Shown one piece after another: positions 1 through 11,179 of a DNA stretch of 64,000 nucleotides. Below the pieces are notes generated by a model. That model saw only the letters and a program-made list of their open reading frames with translations, ran no database searches and had not been told where the DNA came from. Positions within the stretch are counted from its first letter, which is position 1; every line of letters begins with the position of its first letter. Made by a program: the position numbers and the translations under genes. Source of the DNA: an uncultured delta proteobacterium (lineage in GTDB: Bacteria > Desulfobacterota > Binatia > Binatales > Binataceae); NCBI GenBank assembly GCA_963747115.1, contig CAVVEB010000002.1, forward strand, positions 279,672-343,671, given 5' to 3'.

Positions 1-1
1 G

Positions 2-215
2 ATGTCGCTGTGCTGGAAGTACTTCGTGCCCATTTCCTTCATCGACATGATCGGCACTGCGGTGTGGGTCGCGATTTGGCCGGACGGCAATCCGGTTGCG
101 GCGATGGATTATCTCGGCGCTCGGGGTGGTGTTGCTGATCCTGTTCGTTCGCCGCGTGATGTACTATTTCACACGCGTCGAAGGATGGAACTCTATCTCC
201 AGTCCGACAATTTGA
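2..215 (+). CDS. nuoH: NADH-quinone oxidoreductase subunit H, C-terminal end (partial at window edge, one apparent frameshift)
   Basis: The window opens inside an ORF reading CWKYFVPISFIDMIGTAVWVAIWPDG. The hydrophobic tail WIISALGVVLLILFVRRVMYYFTRVEGW is readable only after a 1-nt frame change near 95-105, and it stops at TGA 213-215. The gene lies directly upstream of nuoI-N. Confidence 0.6.
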
Positions 216-230
216 GGGCACGGAGACTAG

Positions 231-822
231 ATGGGCGCGGCGGCCAACTACTTTCGCAATATCAAGGAAGCCGTCATCTCGATTTTCGAGGGATGGCGGT
301 TAGCGCGTCGCACTTTATCCGCAAGCCCTACACCATGCAGTATCCGGATCGGATGCGGTTCGCGTGCAGGATACGCTGCCGTTCCGCTATCGCGGCATCC
401 TCGAAGTCGACATGGAGATCTGCACCGGATGCCTCGCTTGCGACCGCGCCTGTCCGATCGACTGCATCGCGATTACGCGATCGAGAAGGATGCACAAACC
501 CGCGAAATCGTCATCTCGCAGTTCGACATCGATATCGCCAAATGCATGTATTGCGGTCTTTGCAGCGAGCCGTGTCCGACCGGCTCGATCCATCACACGA
601 CCGAATTTGAGGGCGCCGACTATTCGTCTCGAAAGCCTGATTCGCCGCTTCGTAAAAGATCCGGTGCCGGCATACAAACCCAAAAAGGGGCCGGAGACGG
701 ATGCGCGGATACAGCCGATTTTGAATCGCGGTCTGCGCTACCTGTCGGAGTACGAAGTATCGGGCGAAAAAGCAGGCAAGGCGGCGGCCGACGAGGCAAC
801 CGCGAAGGACGAGGCGGACTAA
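231..822 (+). pseudogene. nuoI: NADH-quinone oxidoreductase subunit I (2x[4Fe-4S] ferredoxin), frame broken about 4 times
   Basis: Contains CTGCLACDRACP and CMYCGLCSEPCP cluster motifs and the N-terminal FIRKPYTMQYPDR. The protein assembles only by switching frames near 290, 360, 472 and 628 (pieces lie in ORFs 231.., 2.. and 364..). Ends at TAA 820-822. Confidence 0.8.
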
Positions 823-841
823 GGGGAAGCGGGCGGGGCGG

Positions 842-1342
842 ATGGTCGCACAATTCGTTTTCTATTTGCTCGCCGTAGTGACGATCGGATCGTCGATGAT
901 GGTCGCGTTCTCGCGCAACATCGTCTATTCGACCTTCGCGCTGCTCGGCGCGTTTACCGGCGTAGTAGGCATTTACGTCATGCTGGCCGCGGACTTCGTC
1001 GCGATGGTGCAGTTGCTGGTCTATGTGGGCGGAATCCTGGTGCTGACGCTGTTCGCGGTAATGCTGACCCAGGGAATCGCCGACGTGACGGTCTCCAATC
1101 GCGCGGTCGGGGTGGTGCCCTCGCTGATCACGGTAGGCGTTGCCGGCGCGGTGATGATATTCGCGGTGTTCCATACTCCGTGGCAGCAAACGCAGCAGAC
1201 GATCGCATCGGGACCGACGACCTACGCGATCGGAAACGCATTTCTCGGCGAGTACGTATTGCCCTTCGAGGTCGCGTCGCTAGTGCTGCTGGCCGCTTTG
1301 ATTGGCGCGATTGTGATCTCTCGCCACGAGACACGGGAGTAG
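842..1342 (+). CDS. nuoJ: NADH-quinone oxidoreductase subunit J
   Basis: 166-aa polytopic membrane ORF. FALLGAFTGVVGIYVMLAADFVAMVQLLVYVGGILVL is typical of NuoJ/ND6. Positioned between nuoI and nuoK. Confidence 0.88.
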   Translation: MVAQFVFYLLAVVTIGSSMMVAFSRNIVYSTFALLGAFTGVVGIYVMLAADFVAMVQLLVYVGGILVLTLFAVMLTQGIADVTVSNRAVGVVPSLITVGVAGAVMIFAVFHTPWQQTQQTIASGPTTYAIGNAFLGEYVLPFEVASLVLLAALIGAIVISRHETRE

Positions 1343-1354
1343 CGGAGCGACGCG

Positions 1355-1669
1355 ATGGGTCCCGGCATAACCCTCGATCACTTTCTGCTGCTGAGCCTGA
1401 TCGTTTTCATGCTCGGCATGTATTGTGTGCTGTCGCGGCGCAACGCGATCGGCATCCTGATGGGCGTGGAGCTGATTCTGAACTCCGCGAACATCAACTA
1501 TCTCGCGTTCTCGTATTATGGGGGGCATCGCTACGACGGTCAGGTGTTCGCGATTTTCGTGATCATGCTGGCGGCGGCGGAAGCGGTCATCGGGTTGGCG
1601 GTGGTGTTGGCGATCTATCAGAACTTCAAAACCATTGACGTCGAGGCGACGGAGACGCTGAGCGGTTAG
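1355..1669 (+). CDS. nuoK: NADH-quinone oxidoreductase subunit K
   Basis: 104 aa with three TM helices and the LMGVELILNSANINYLAF signature of NuoK/ND4L. Confidence 0.92.
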   Translation: MGPGITLDHFLLLSLIVFMLGMYCVLSRRNAIGILMGVELILNSANINYLAFSYYGGHRYDGQVFAIFVIMLAAAEAVIGLAVVLAIYQNFKTIDVEATETLSG

Positions 1670-1687
1670 CGGCGTTCACCAGATAAG

Positions 1688-3744
<2,057 letters not shown>

Positions 3745-3776
3745 GCCGGCGAGCAGAGGGGAAAGAGCTGTAACCG

Positions 3777-5282
3777 ATGAATCACGCGCTAACTTCGATC
3801 ACGTTCATACCTATCGCCGGGATGGTGCTGATCCTGTTCTGTCCCGATGCTTTCAAAAGCCTGATCAAGTGGATCGCGGTGGCCGCCACCGTTCCGCAAC
3901 TCGCGATTGCCGCGTGGCTGTATGCGAATTTCGACACCACCACCACCGCGATCCAGTTTGCCGAGAAGCATCGGTGGATCGAGCATTACAACATCACGTA
4001 TTTCCTTGGGGTCGACGGGATCAGCATCGCGATGGTGCTGCTGACCGCGATCATCTGCGTGATCTCGGTGTTCGCCAGTTTCAATATCGAAAAAGCGCCC
4101 AAGGGTTATTTCGCGCTGCTGTTGCTGCTCGACACCGGGATGATGGGCGTTTTCGTATCGCTCGATTTTTTTCTGTTTTACATCTTTTGGGAAGTGATGC
4201 TGTTGCCGATGTATTTCCTGATCGGCGTCTGGGGCGGCCCGCGGCGCGAGTACGCGGCGATCAAGTTCTTTCTCTACACCCTGTTCGGATCGGTCTTGAT
4301 CCTGCTCGCGATGATCGGTCTGTACTACTATTCGGGCACTCCGACCTTCGACATGACGGTGCTCGCCAGCAATGCCGGCAGCTACACCATGAACTTCCAG
4401 AGGTGGGCGTGGATGGCGTTGTTCATCGGGTTCGCGATCAAGATTCCTGCCTTTCCATTTCATACCTGGTTGCCCGACGCCCACGTCGAGGCGCCTACCG
4501 CGATCAGCGTCATTCTCGCCGGCGTGCTCCTCAAAATGGGCACCTATGGAATCCTGCGGGTGAACTTCGCGATCCTTCCCGCGGCGAGTCTTGAGCTGGC
4601 GTGGATTTTTCTGGGACTGCTCGGAACCGTCAACATTGTCTACGGCGCGATGTGCGCGATGGCGCAGACCGACTATAAGAAGCTCATCGCGTACTCATCG
4701 ATCAGCCACATGGGTTACGTGATGCTGGGGATGGCGGCGTTCAACTCACAAGGCATCAACGGTGCGGTCCTGCAGATGTTCAATCACGGCACCATCACCG
4801 CGATGCTCTTCATCCTGGTCGGCGTGATTTACGATCGCGCGCATCATCGCGAGATCGCGGGCTTCGGCGGGCTGGCGCAGCAGATGCCGATTTACGCCGG
4901 CTTCACCGCGTTCGCATTTTTCGCCGGACTCGGGCTTCCCGCGCTGTCCGCCTTCATCTCGGAAGTGCTGGTGCTCAGCGGCGCGTGGCAGTTGCATCCG
5001 GTGATGACCATCTTCGCCGCCGCGACCGCGATCCTGACCGCCGGATACTTGCTCTGGACTTTCCAGCGCATCTATCTCGGTCCGCTCAATGAAAAGTACA
5101 AAAGCCTGCCCGACATGAATTTCCGCGAGATCGCGATGCTGGTGCCGCTCGCGATCATCGTGTTGGTGTTGGGCGTTTACCCGCAGGCGATTCTCAGTCT
5201 GCTGGGCACCTCGCTCGAGCATCTCAACCAGGTTGTGCTCTCGACTCCGGCAGCGGCCGCCGCAGTGGCGCTGGTTCGCTAG
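3777..5282 (+). CDS. nuoM: NADH-quinone oxidoreductase subunit M
   Basis: 501-aa intact ORF with NuoM/ND4 motifs FYIFWEVMLLPMYFLIGVWGG and HTWLPDAHVEAPT. Confidence 0.92.
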   Translation: MNHALTSITFIPIAGMVLILFCPDAFKSLIKWIAVAATVPQLAIAAWLYANFDTTTTAIQFAEKHRWIEHYNITYFLGVDGISIAMVLLTAIICVISVFASFNIEKAPKGYFALLLLLDTGMMGVFVSLDFFLFYIFWEVMLLPMYFLIGVWGGPRREYAAIKFFLYTLFGSVLILLAMIGLYYYSGTPTFDMTVLASNAGSYTMNFQRWAWMALFIGFAIKIPAFPFHTWLPDAHVEAPTAISVILAGVLLKMGTYGILRVNFAILPAASLELAWIFLGLLGTVNIVYGAMCAMAQTDYKKLIAYSSISHMGYVMLGMAAFNSQGINGAVLQMFNHGTITAMLFILVGVIYDRAHHREIAGFGGLAQQMPIYAGFTAFAFFAGLGLPALSAFISEVLVLSGAWQLHPVMTIFAAATAILTAGYLLWTFQRIYLGPLNEKYKSLPDMNFREIAMLVPLAIIVLVLGVYPQAILSLLGTSLEHLNQVVLSTPAAAAAVALVR

Positions 5283-6773
5283 ATGGATTTGGGCAACTTT
5301 GCCAGCCTGACCTTCTTCATCCCGGAGTTGCTGCTCGCGGTTGGGGTGCTGGGGCTGATCGTTCTCGATCTGATACTCCCGAACAAGCGAGTGCTTGCCG
5401 ATCTCGCCTTGATCGTCGCGGCCGGCTCGTTGCTGATGATCGCACTTGAGCCGGTTCAGGCCGCGACCGGCGCGTGGATGTTTCATCGGATGCTGGTGAG
5501 CGATGCATTCGCGATTTTCTTCCGCGCACTGATCGCCCTGGCTCTTGTGATCGCGGTCTGGATGTCGATCGGATCGAACGAGGTAAAGACCTGCGACCAG
5601 GGCGAGTACTACGCGATCCTGCTGTCGAGCGCCTTCGCGATGTTCCTGATGGCGGAATCGGCTAACCTGCTGATGGCGTATCTGTCGCTGGAATTTGTAA
5701 GCCTCACCTCGTATATCCTCACCGGATTTTTGCGCCACAATCGCCGCTCGCAGGAAGCCGCGCTGAAATATTTGATCTACGGCGGCGTTGCCTCGGGCAC
5801 GATGATCTACGGCATGAGCTGGATCTTCGGTATTGCGGGCTCGATGGATTTCGTCGCGATCAACAAAGCTCTGTTCGCCGGCGGTCACGGGCCGGCGCTC
5901 GCGGTCTATATCGCGCTGGTTCTGATTCTGGCCGGAATGGGTTACAAGGTCGCCTCGGTTCCGTTTCATATGTGGGCGCCCGACGTTTACACTGGCGCGC
6001 CGATTCCCATCACGACTTTCCTGGCCCTGGGGTCGAAAGCCGCGGGCTTTGCGCTGCTGGTGCGTTTTTTCTTTCCAGCGATCTCACATCTTACCGCCGC
6101 GGGAAACTGGGAGGCGCTCAAAGGAGTCGACTGGCCGCAGTTGTTGCTGGTGGTATGCATCGTGACGATGACGCTCGGAAATCTCGCGGCCTTGCAGCAG
6201 ACCAACATGAAGCGGCTGCTCGCGTATTCCAGTATCGCGCAAGCCGGTTACGCGCTGATGGGATTCGTGGTGCTTTCCAATGACGGCATCCGGGCGATGC
6301 TGTTCTACCTGTTCGCCTACTACCTGATGGATGCGGGCGCGTTTTTGGTCGTGATGATCGTCAACAATGAGCTCGGGAGCGAAGACGTCGAGGCTTATCA
6401 GGGGCTGGCGTGGCGCGGCGGATTTTTGCCGGCGCTCGCGCTGACGATCTTCCTGTTCTCGCTGACCGGGATTCCCTTGACCATCGGTTTCATCGGGAAG
6501 TTCTATTTGTTCGCCGCCGTGATTCACGGGCAGTTCTACATTCTCGCGCTGATCGGAATCATGAACTCGGTGGTGTCGCTCTACTACTATCTGAAACCGA
6601 TTCGGAAAATGTTCCTCGAGCAGCCCGCCGATGGCGAGGCCGCCTTCAAAATGGAAGCGTGGAACTACAGCCTGATGGGTGTGCTCGCGACCGCGACGAT
6701 CGCGTTCGGTCTGTACTGGACGCCGGTTATCGCATTCGCAAACCGCTCGCTCCACTTCTTCGTCGGCGTGTAG
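5283..6773 (+). CDS. nuoN: NADH-quinone oxidoreductase subunit N
   Basis: 496-aa intact ORF that abuts the nuoM stop. NuoN/ND2-like FHMWAPDVYTGAPIPITTFLA. Confidence 0.9.
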   Translation: MDLGNFASLTFFIPELLLAVGVLGLIVLDLILPNKRVLADLALIVAAGSLLMIALEPVQAATGAWMFHRMLVSDAFAIFFRALIALALVIAVWMSIGSNEVKTCDQGEYYAILLSSAFAMFLMAESANLLMAYLSLEFVSLTSYILTGFLRHNRRSQEAALKYLIYGGVASGTMIYGMSWIFGIAGSMDFVAINKALFAGGHGPALAVYIALVLILAGMGYKVASVPFHMWAPDVYTGAPIPITTFLALGSKAAGFALLVRFFFPAISHLTAAGNWEALKGVDWPQLLLVVCIVTMTLGNLAALQQTNMKRLLAYSSIAQAGYALMGFVVLSNDGIRAMLFYLFAYYLMDAGAFLVVMIVNNELGSEDVEAYQGLAWRGGFLPALALTIFLFSLTGIPLTIGFIGKFYLFAAVIHGQFYILALIGIMNSVVSLYYYLKPIRKMFLEQPADGEAAFKMEAWNYSLMGVLATATIAFGLYWTPVIAFANRSLHFFVGV

Positions 6774-6961
6774 ATCTGTCGCGCGACAAATTCCGCTTCG
6801 TTCCCATCGCTACTCGACATGGTAGGTGCGTCAACCCATATGGGTCTGACTGTTCGGCACTAATTGAAGCAATCGTGGGAAACTATCGTCAAATCATGCA
6901 GATGCGTTCGGCATCGCGTTTGCTCTCTCTTAAACCGTCCGCAACCAAGGAGACTCTTATT

Positions 6962-7342
6962 ATGATTAAATCAAACCGATTGTTTGCGGCGGCCGCGCTG
7001 ATTGGAGCCATCTCCTTCAGCATGCCTCTCGTCGTCAATGCGCAGGATAACGCTGTCGAATCCGGCGCCAAAGAGATGTACCAGGGGACCAAGACGGAGG
7101 TGACGGACACCTCCATCACGACCAAGGTCAAAACCGCCCTTGATACCGATCCAATCACGAAAAGCTCCACCATCCACGTCGTTACCGAGAATGGTGTGGT
7201 GACGCTCTCGGGCGTTGTCCCGAATGCTGCGGCCTCGGAACAAGCGGAACGGATCGCGCAGAGTACGGCAAGCGTGAAGAGTGTCACCAATAAGTTGACC
7301 GTTCAGAGCGCCTCGAATCCGTCGAATTCATCCGGAATGTAA
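6962..7342 (+). CDS. secreted BON-domain (OsmY-like) protein
   Basis: AAGGAG at 6947-6952 precedes the ATG at 6962. Signal peptide LFAAAALIGAISFSMPLVVNAQD is followed by ITTKVKTALDTDPITKSSTIHVVTENGVVTLSGVV...AERIAQSTASVKSVTNKL, which is one BON domain. Confidence 0.7.
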   Translation: MIKSNRLFAAAALIGAISFSMPLVVNAQDNAVESGAKEMYQGTKTEVTDTSITTKVKTALDTDPITKSSTIHVVTENGVVTLSGVVPNAAASEQAERIAQSTASVKSVTNKLTVQSASNPSNSSGM

Positions 7343-7366
7343 GTCTCTCCTGACCTCCCTGACACA

Positions 7367-7412
7367 GGTTCGCTGCCGCCTTGCCCCCAAGGCGGTAGCG
7401 AACCCAATTTTC
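7367..7412. terminator. stem-loop between the convergent BON gene and purU (probable bidirectional intrinsic terminator)
   Basis: GGTTCGCTGCCGCCTTG / CCCCC loop / CAAGGCGGTAGCGAACC (17-bp arms, one G-U), followed by CAATTTTC. Confidence 0.6.
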
Positions 7413-7426
7413 AAGTTCTTCTTTAA

Positions 7427-8290
7427 CTATTCGAATACGATCGTTCGGCTGCCATGCAGCAGCACGCGCTTCTGGAGATGCGCCCGCACCGCGTGGGCCA
7501 GCACCGTCACCTCGACGTCTTTCCCTTTGCGCGCGAGTTCCGCGATGGTGTCGCGATGCGTCACCGGTGTGGTCGCCTGCGCGATAATCGGGCCCGCGTC
7601 CAGTTCCTCGGTGACATAATGCGCAGTGGCGCCTATAAGCTTCACGCCCCGATCGTGCGCCTGTTTGTAGGGTCGCGCGCCGGCGAACGCGGGGAGGAAG
7701 CTGTGATGGATATTGACGATCGGCTTCTTCCATTTCGATAGGAAATCCCCCGACAGCACCTGCATATAACGCGCGAGCACCACGGTGTCGGCGCGGATCT
7801 CGTTGAGCTTCGCGAGCAGTTGCGCCTCCGACTGCGACTTGGTGTCCCTGGCGATCGGAATCACGGTAAAGGGAACTTTGAATGAGGCGACCAGCGGCTC
7901 AAGATCGGGATGGTTCGAAATCACGCCCACCAGCTCGGCGTCGAGCTCGCCCACATGATGACGGCTCAGCAGATCCATCATGCAATGCGGCAGCTTGGAG
8001 ACCATCAGGACCACGCGATCGCGTTGCGCGGTTTCGTACATCTGCCATTTGAGCTTGAGGCCCGGTAGTAGCTCCGGCAGCGCGGAGTCGAGATTGCTTC
8101 GCAGCTGCGCGATCGTGAGTTTCTGGCTATCGAGAAAAATCCGCCAGAAAAAGTGCCCATCCTCGTCGTCAGTATGCTGATCCGAGGTAATGATGTTGCA
8201 TTCGTGGCGAAACAAATGGCCCGCGACCCGCGCGATAATTCCGCGCTGATCGAGGCACGATATGAGGAGCACCGCTTTTTCGCTTGCCAC
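7427..8290 (-). CDS. purU: formyltetrahydrofolate deformylase
   Basis: N-terminal ACT-like region (AVLLISCLDQRGIIARVAGHLF) plus a formyltransferase core (IVNIHHSFLPAFAGARPYKQAHDRGVKLIGATAHYVTEELDAGPII). The ORF is open to 8332. GTG 8290 with GGGGA upstream gives the usual ~287 aa. Confidence 0.9.
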   Translation of the reverse strand: MASEKAVLLISCLDQRGIIARVAGHLFRHECNIITSDQHTDDEDGHFFWRIFLDSQKLTIAQLRSNLDSALPELLPGLKLKWQMYETAQRDRVVLMVSKLPHCMMDLLSRHHVGELDAELVGVISNHPDLEPLVASFKVPFTVIPIARDTKSQSEAQLLAKLNEIRADTVVLARYMQVLSGDFLSKWKKPIVNIHHSFLPAFAGARPYKQAHDRGVKLIGATAHYVTEELDAGPIIAQATTPVTHRDTIAELARKGKDVEVTVLAHAVRAHLQKRVLLHGSRTIVFE

Positions 8291-8855
8291 GTTTTGTCCC
8301 CGCCAGATTCTAGGGTCATCGCGCGAAACCATTCAAATAGTAGCCGCTCCGAGGACCAAGGCTCAGGTCCTGGTTTGCGGGCGTCGCGCGGCCAGTGCCT
8401 TCGCACGCCGCGTTGGTGACGATTTGCCCGTAAACATTGAACTTAATGGGTTTGTTTCGACCGCGAGGCGCCCCCGAGCGGTCGATGCGCGCGACGCCGC
8501 ACGATGTAGCTTTTGTGTTGCTCCGATGTTGCTCGGGGCGGCCTCGATGTCGTCTCTGGCGCACTAAACTGGAGCTGATGCGCGCATTTCGGCATCCGAA
8601 TGCGCGCTGACGGTAGATCCCGGACCGGGGGCGCGTCCGAGCGGTCGTCCTGAGCGCTTCGCCAAGGATCTCGATAGGCACAGTGGCTTTGTTCCGGCGT
8701 TTCCAGCAGTCCGCCCGCGCGACTCACCAGTTCCTCCTTAGAAGAGGGCCGCGAAAACCCGCGGCCATAACCCTTTAGCATTTCCCTATGACATGGACTT
8801 GTCCAGCCCTTTTCTGCGCCTCTGATGATATCGTGCTATGGAGGTCAAGAACTGA

Positions 8856-9107
8856 GTGGCTGAACTCGTCATTAGAAATCTGGAAGCAAGTGTTAAAGCT
8901 CGCCTCCGACGCCGCGCCCGCAGCAATGGCCGCAGCATCGAAGAGGAAATACTGGAAATCCTGCGCAATGCCGTACGCGCTGAGGAGGCTGCCACGAGCG
9001 CGCTCGGAAGCCGTTTGGGAAGGCGCTTTGCGGGCATTGGCATGGACGTAGACATCGTGAAACTGCGCGGCCACCGGACTCGCCCCGCGGATAATCTCGT
9101 AGATTGA
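8856..9107 (+). CDS. ribbon-helix-helix (FitA/VapB-like) antitoxin, no cognate toxin present
   Basis: MAELVIRNLEASVKARLRRRARSNGRSIEEEILEILRNAV matches the Arc/RHH plasmid-stability antitoxin pattern. GGAGG RBS is present. The stop codon overlaps the rsmI ATG (TGATG). Confidence 0.7.
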   Translation: MAELVIRNLEASVKARLRRRARSNGRSIEEEILEILRNAVRAEEAATSALGSRLGRRFAGIGMDVDIVKLRGHRTRPADNLVD

Positions 9108-9976
9108 TGGCGCGAGGGACCGAACAGAAGCATCGCGAAGGGGAGGGCGTCCTCTACGTCGTGGCGATGCCGATCGGGAATGCCGGCGACATCACGATTC
9201 GCGCGCTTGAGGTAATCCGGGATGCCGACGCTATCGCGTGCGAAGACACTCGTCGCACCGGCGCGATGCTGGCGGCGCATCAGATCCGCAAACCGCTCAT
9301 CAGCCATTTCGAGCATAACGAGGATCGCCGCGTACCCGAGCTGGTCGAGCGTATGATCGCGGGCGCGAAAATCGCGCTGGTGACCGACGCCGGCACTCCG
9401 GCGATTTCCGATCCCGGCTACCGGCTGGTGCGCGCCGCGCACGAGGCGGGAATTCGCGTGACGGCGGTGCCGGGAGCGTCGGCTGCGATCGCGGCGCTCT
9501 CGATTTCTGGCATCGCAACCAATCGCTTCAGCTTCGAAGGATTTCTGCCGCCGCGCGCTTCGGCCCGGCGCAAAGCGCTGGAGTCGCTGCGGTCCGAGGC
9601 GAGGACGATGATCTTTTATGAGGCCGCGCGCCGCCTCGGCGATACGCTAGCGGAAATGGCGCGGGTCCTCGGCGCCGATCGCGAGGCCGTGGTGGTTCGC
9701 GAGATCACTAAAACCTACGAGGAGGCGGTGCGTGGAACCCTCGCGCGGTTGGCCGAGCGCTTCACCCGAGAGACGGCGCTCGGCGAAATCGTGGTCATCG
9801 TAGCCGGTGCGCCGGGCAACGCGAGTACCGCGTCATCATCTGCGGGCGCGCTCACGACCGAAGATCTGATCGAGGCGGGCCTGAGTCTCAAGCAGGCGAG
9901 TGCGCTGATTGCAAAGCTGACCGGCGCCAGCCGTCGCGACATTTATCAGGAAGCCCTGAAGGCGCGGCGCCAATAG
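9107..9976 (+). CDS. rsmI: 16S rRNA (cytidine1402-2'-O)-methyltransferase
   Basis: GVLYVVAMPIGNAGDITIRALEVIRDADAIACEDTRRTGAML and ISDPGYRLVRAAHEAGIRVTAVPGASA are tetrapyrrole-methylase-fold RsmI motifs. Confidence 0.9.
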   Translation: MARGTEQKHREGEGVLYVVAMPIGNAGDITIRALEVIRDADAIACEDTRRTGAMLAAHQIRKPLISHFEHNEDRRVPELVERMIAGAKIALVTDAGTPAISDPGYRLVRAAHEAGIRVTAVPGASAAIAALSISGIATNRFSFEGFLPPRASARRKALESLRSEARTMIFYEAARRLGDTLAEMARVLGADREAVVVREITKTYEEAVRGTLARLAERFTRETALGEIVVIVAGAPGNASTASSSAGALTTEDLIEAGLSLKQASALIAKLTGASRRDIYQEALKARRQ

Positions 9977-10078
9977 CATCGAGTGGACGATTCCACACGC
10001 TTGAAGTCGATGCGGCGGTGCGATTCACTATACATATTGGAGTAATTCGCATCTGGTCTCAGGCGGGGGTTAGCGGGG

Positions 10079-10594
10079 ATGGCGAAGAAGAAAACCGATG
10101 ATGAAACGCAGCTCGACGCCGATTCTTCGGGGATCGAAACGCTGCGCGTGCTCGTCATTCACGGGCCCAATCTGAATCTTCTCGGCGAGCGCGAGCCTGA
10201 AGTTTATGGACGCACGCGGCTGGCCGATATCGATCGTGAACTAAAGCAACTCGGCGCGGAAATCGGAATCAAGGTCAAAACGTTTCAGTCCAACAGCGAG
10301 GGCGCGATCATCACCCGGATTCAGGAAGCGCGTGGCAAGATCGATGCGCTCCTGATCAATCCCGCGGGATATACTCATACCAGCGTGGCGATTCGCGATG
10401 CGATCCTGGCGCTGGAAGCGCCCGCTATCGAGGTGCATCTGTCGAATGTGTACCGGCGCGAGCCGATGCGTCATCGCTCGACGATTGCCGATGTCGCGGT
10501 GGCAAGGATCATGGGATTCGGCGCGCCCGGATACGCGCTGGCGTTGCGCGCGGTGCGCAATCTGGTTGAAACGGCCCGGGGCCGTCGCGCGTAG
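10079..10594 (+). CDS. aroQ: type II 3-dehydroquinate dehydratase
   Basis: [37 protein letters not shown] and [16 protein letters not shown] motifs. Confidence 0.9.
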   Translation: MAKKKTDDETQLDADSSGIETLRVLVIHGPNLNLLGEREPEVYGRTRLADIDRELKQLGAEIGIKVKTFQSNSEGAIITRIQEARGKIDALLINPAGYTHTSVAIRDAILALEAPAIEVHLSNVYRREPMRHRSTIADVAVARIMGFGAPGYALALRAVRNLVETARGRRA

Positions 10595-10623
10595 GAACAG
10601 ACACACCTCATCGCGGTGAAAAG

Positions 10624-11154
10624 ATGGAAGTTCGCGAGCTAAAAGCGCTGCTGAACCTGATGCACGAGAACGGACTCGTCGAACTCGAAATCGAGGACAA
10701 GAAGGGCAAGGTTCGCCTCGTGCGCGGCACCGTCGCGCTGCACGATCATAAGCCGGTGCAGGCCGCCGTCGCGGTGGCGACCTCGAAAGGATCGGAGACC
10801 TCGGGGGGCGTTGCTGGAAAAGTCTCGGCGACACCGCTTAAGAAAATCAAAGGTAAGACGGCGACATCCACCAACGATCATTCGCGCGGCGGCGTTGCCG
10901 ATCTGCAGCCCAATCAGAAACTGGTCGAAAGCCCGATGGTGGGTACTTTTTATCGTGGCGCTTCTCCCGACAATCCGCCGTTCGTCGAAGAAGGAACCCA
11001 GGTTCGCAAGGGGCAGCCGCTATGCATCATCGAGGCGATGAAAATGATGAACGAGATAGAGGCGGATACCGGTGGCCGCGTGATAAGAATTTTGGTTGAG
11101 AACGGCCAGCCGGTAGAATATGGGCAGCCCCTGATGATCCTGGAAGTTAGCTGA
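10624..11154 (+). CDS. accB: acetyl-CoA carboxylase biotin carboxyl carrier protein
   Basis: C-terminal biotinyl domain with the [15 protein letters not shown] biotinylation motif. Lies upstream of accC. Confidence 0.9.
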   Translation: MEVRELKALLNLMHENGLVELEIEDKKGKVRLVRGTVALHDHKPVQAAVAVATSKGSETSGGVAGKVSATPLKKIKGKTATSTNDHSRGGVADLQPNQKLVESPMVGTFYRGASPDNPPFVEEGTQVRKGQPLCIIEAMKMMNEIEADTGGRVIRILVENGQPVEYGQPLMILEVS

Positions 11155-11179
11155 CACGCCGTTTGACGGCGACCTGGCG

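Noticed and set aside
4746-5969. 407-aa ORF on the minus strand, antisense to nuoM/nuoN
   Set aside because: It is Arg/His/Asp/Gly-rich and low-complexity, with no family resemblance, and it is fully embedded opposite two well-supported genes. This is a typical shadow ORF of GC-rich DNA.
8340-8855. ORFs 8443-8781 (-), 8316-8681 (-) and 8262-8567 (+) as possible genes between purU and the antitoxin
   Set aside because: They overlap one another in different frames and have no family-like motifs. The stretch contains REP-like sequence and a hairpin, so it is more likely non-coding or eroded DNA.
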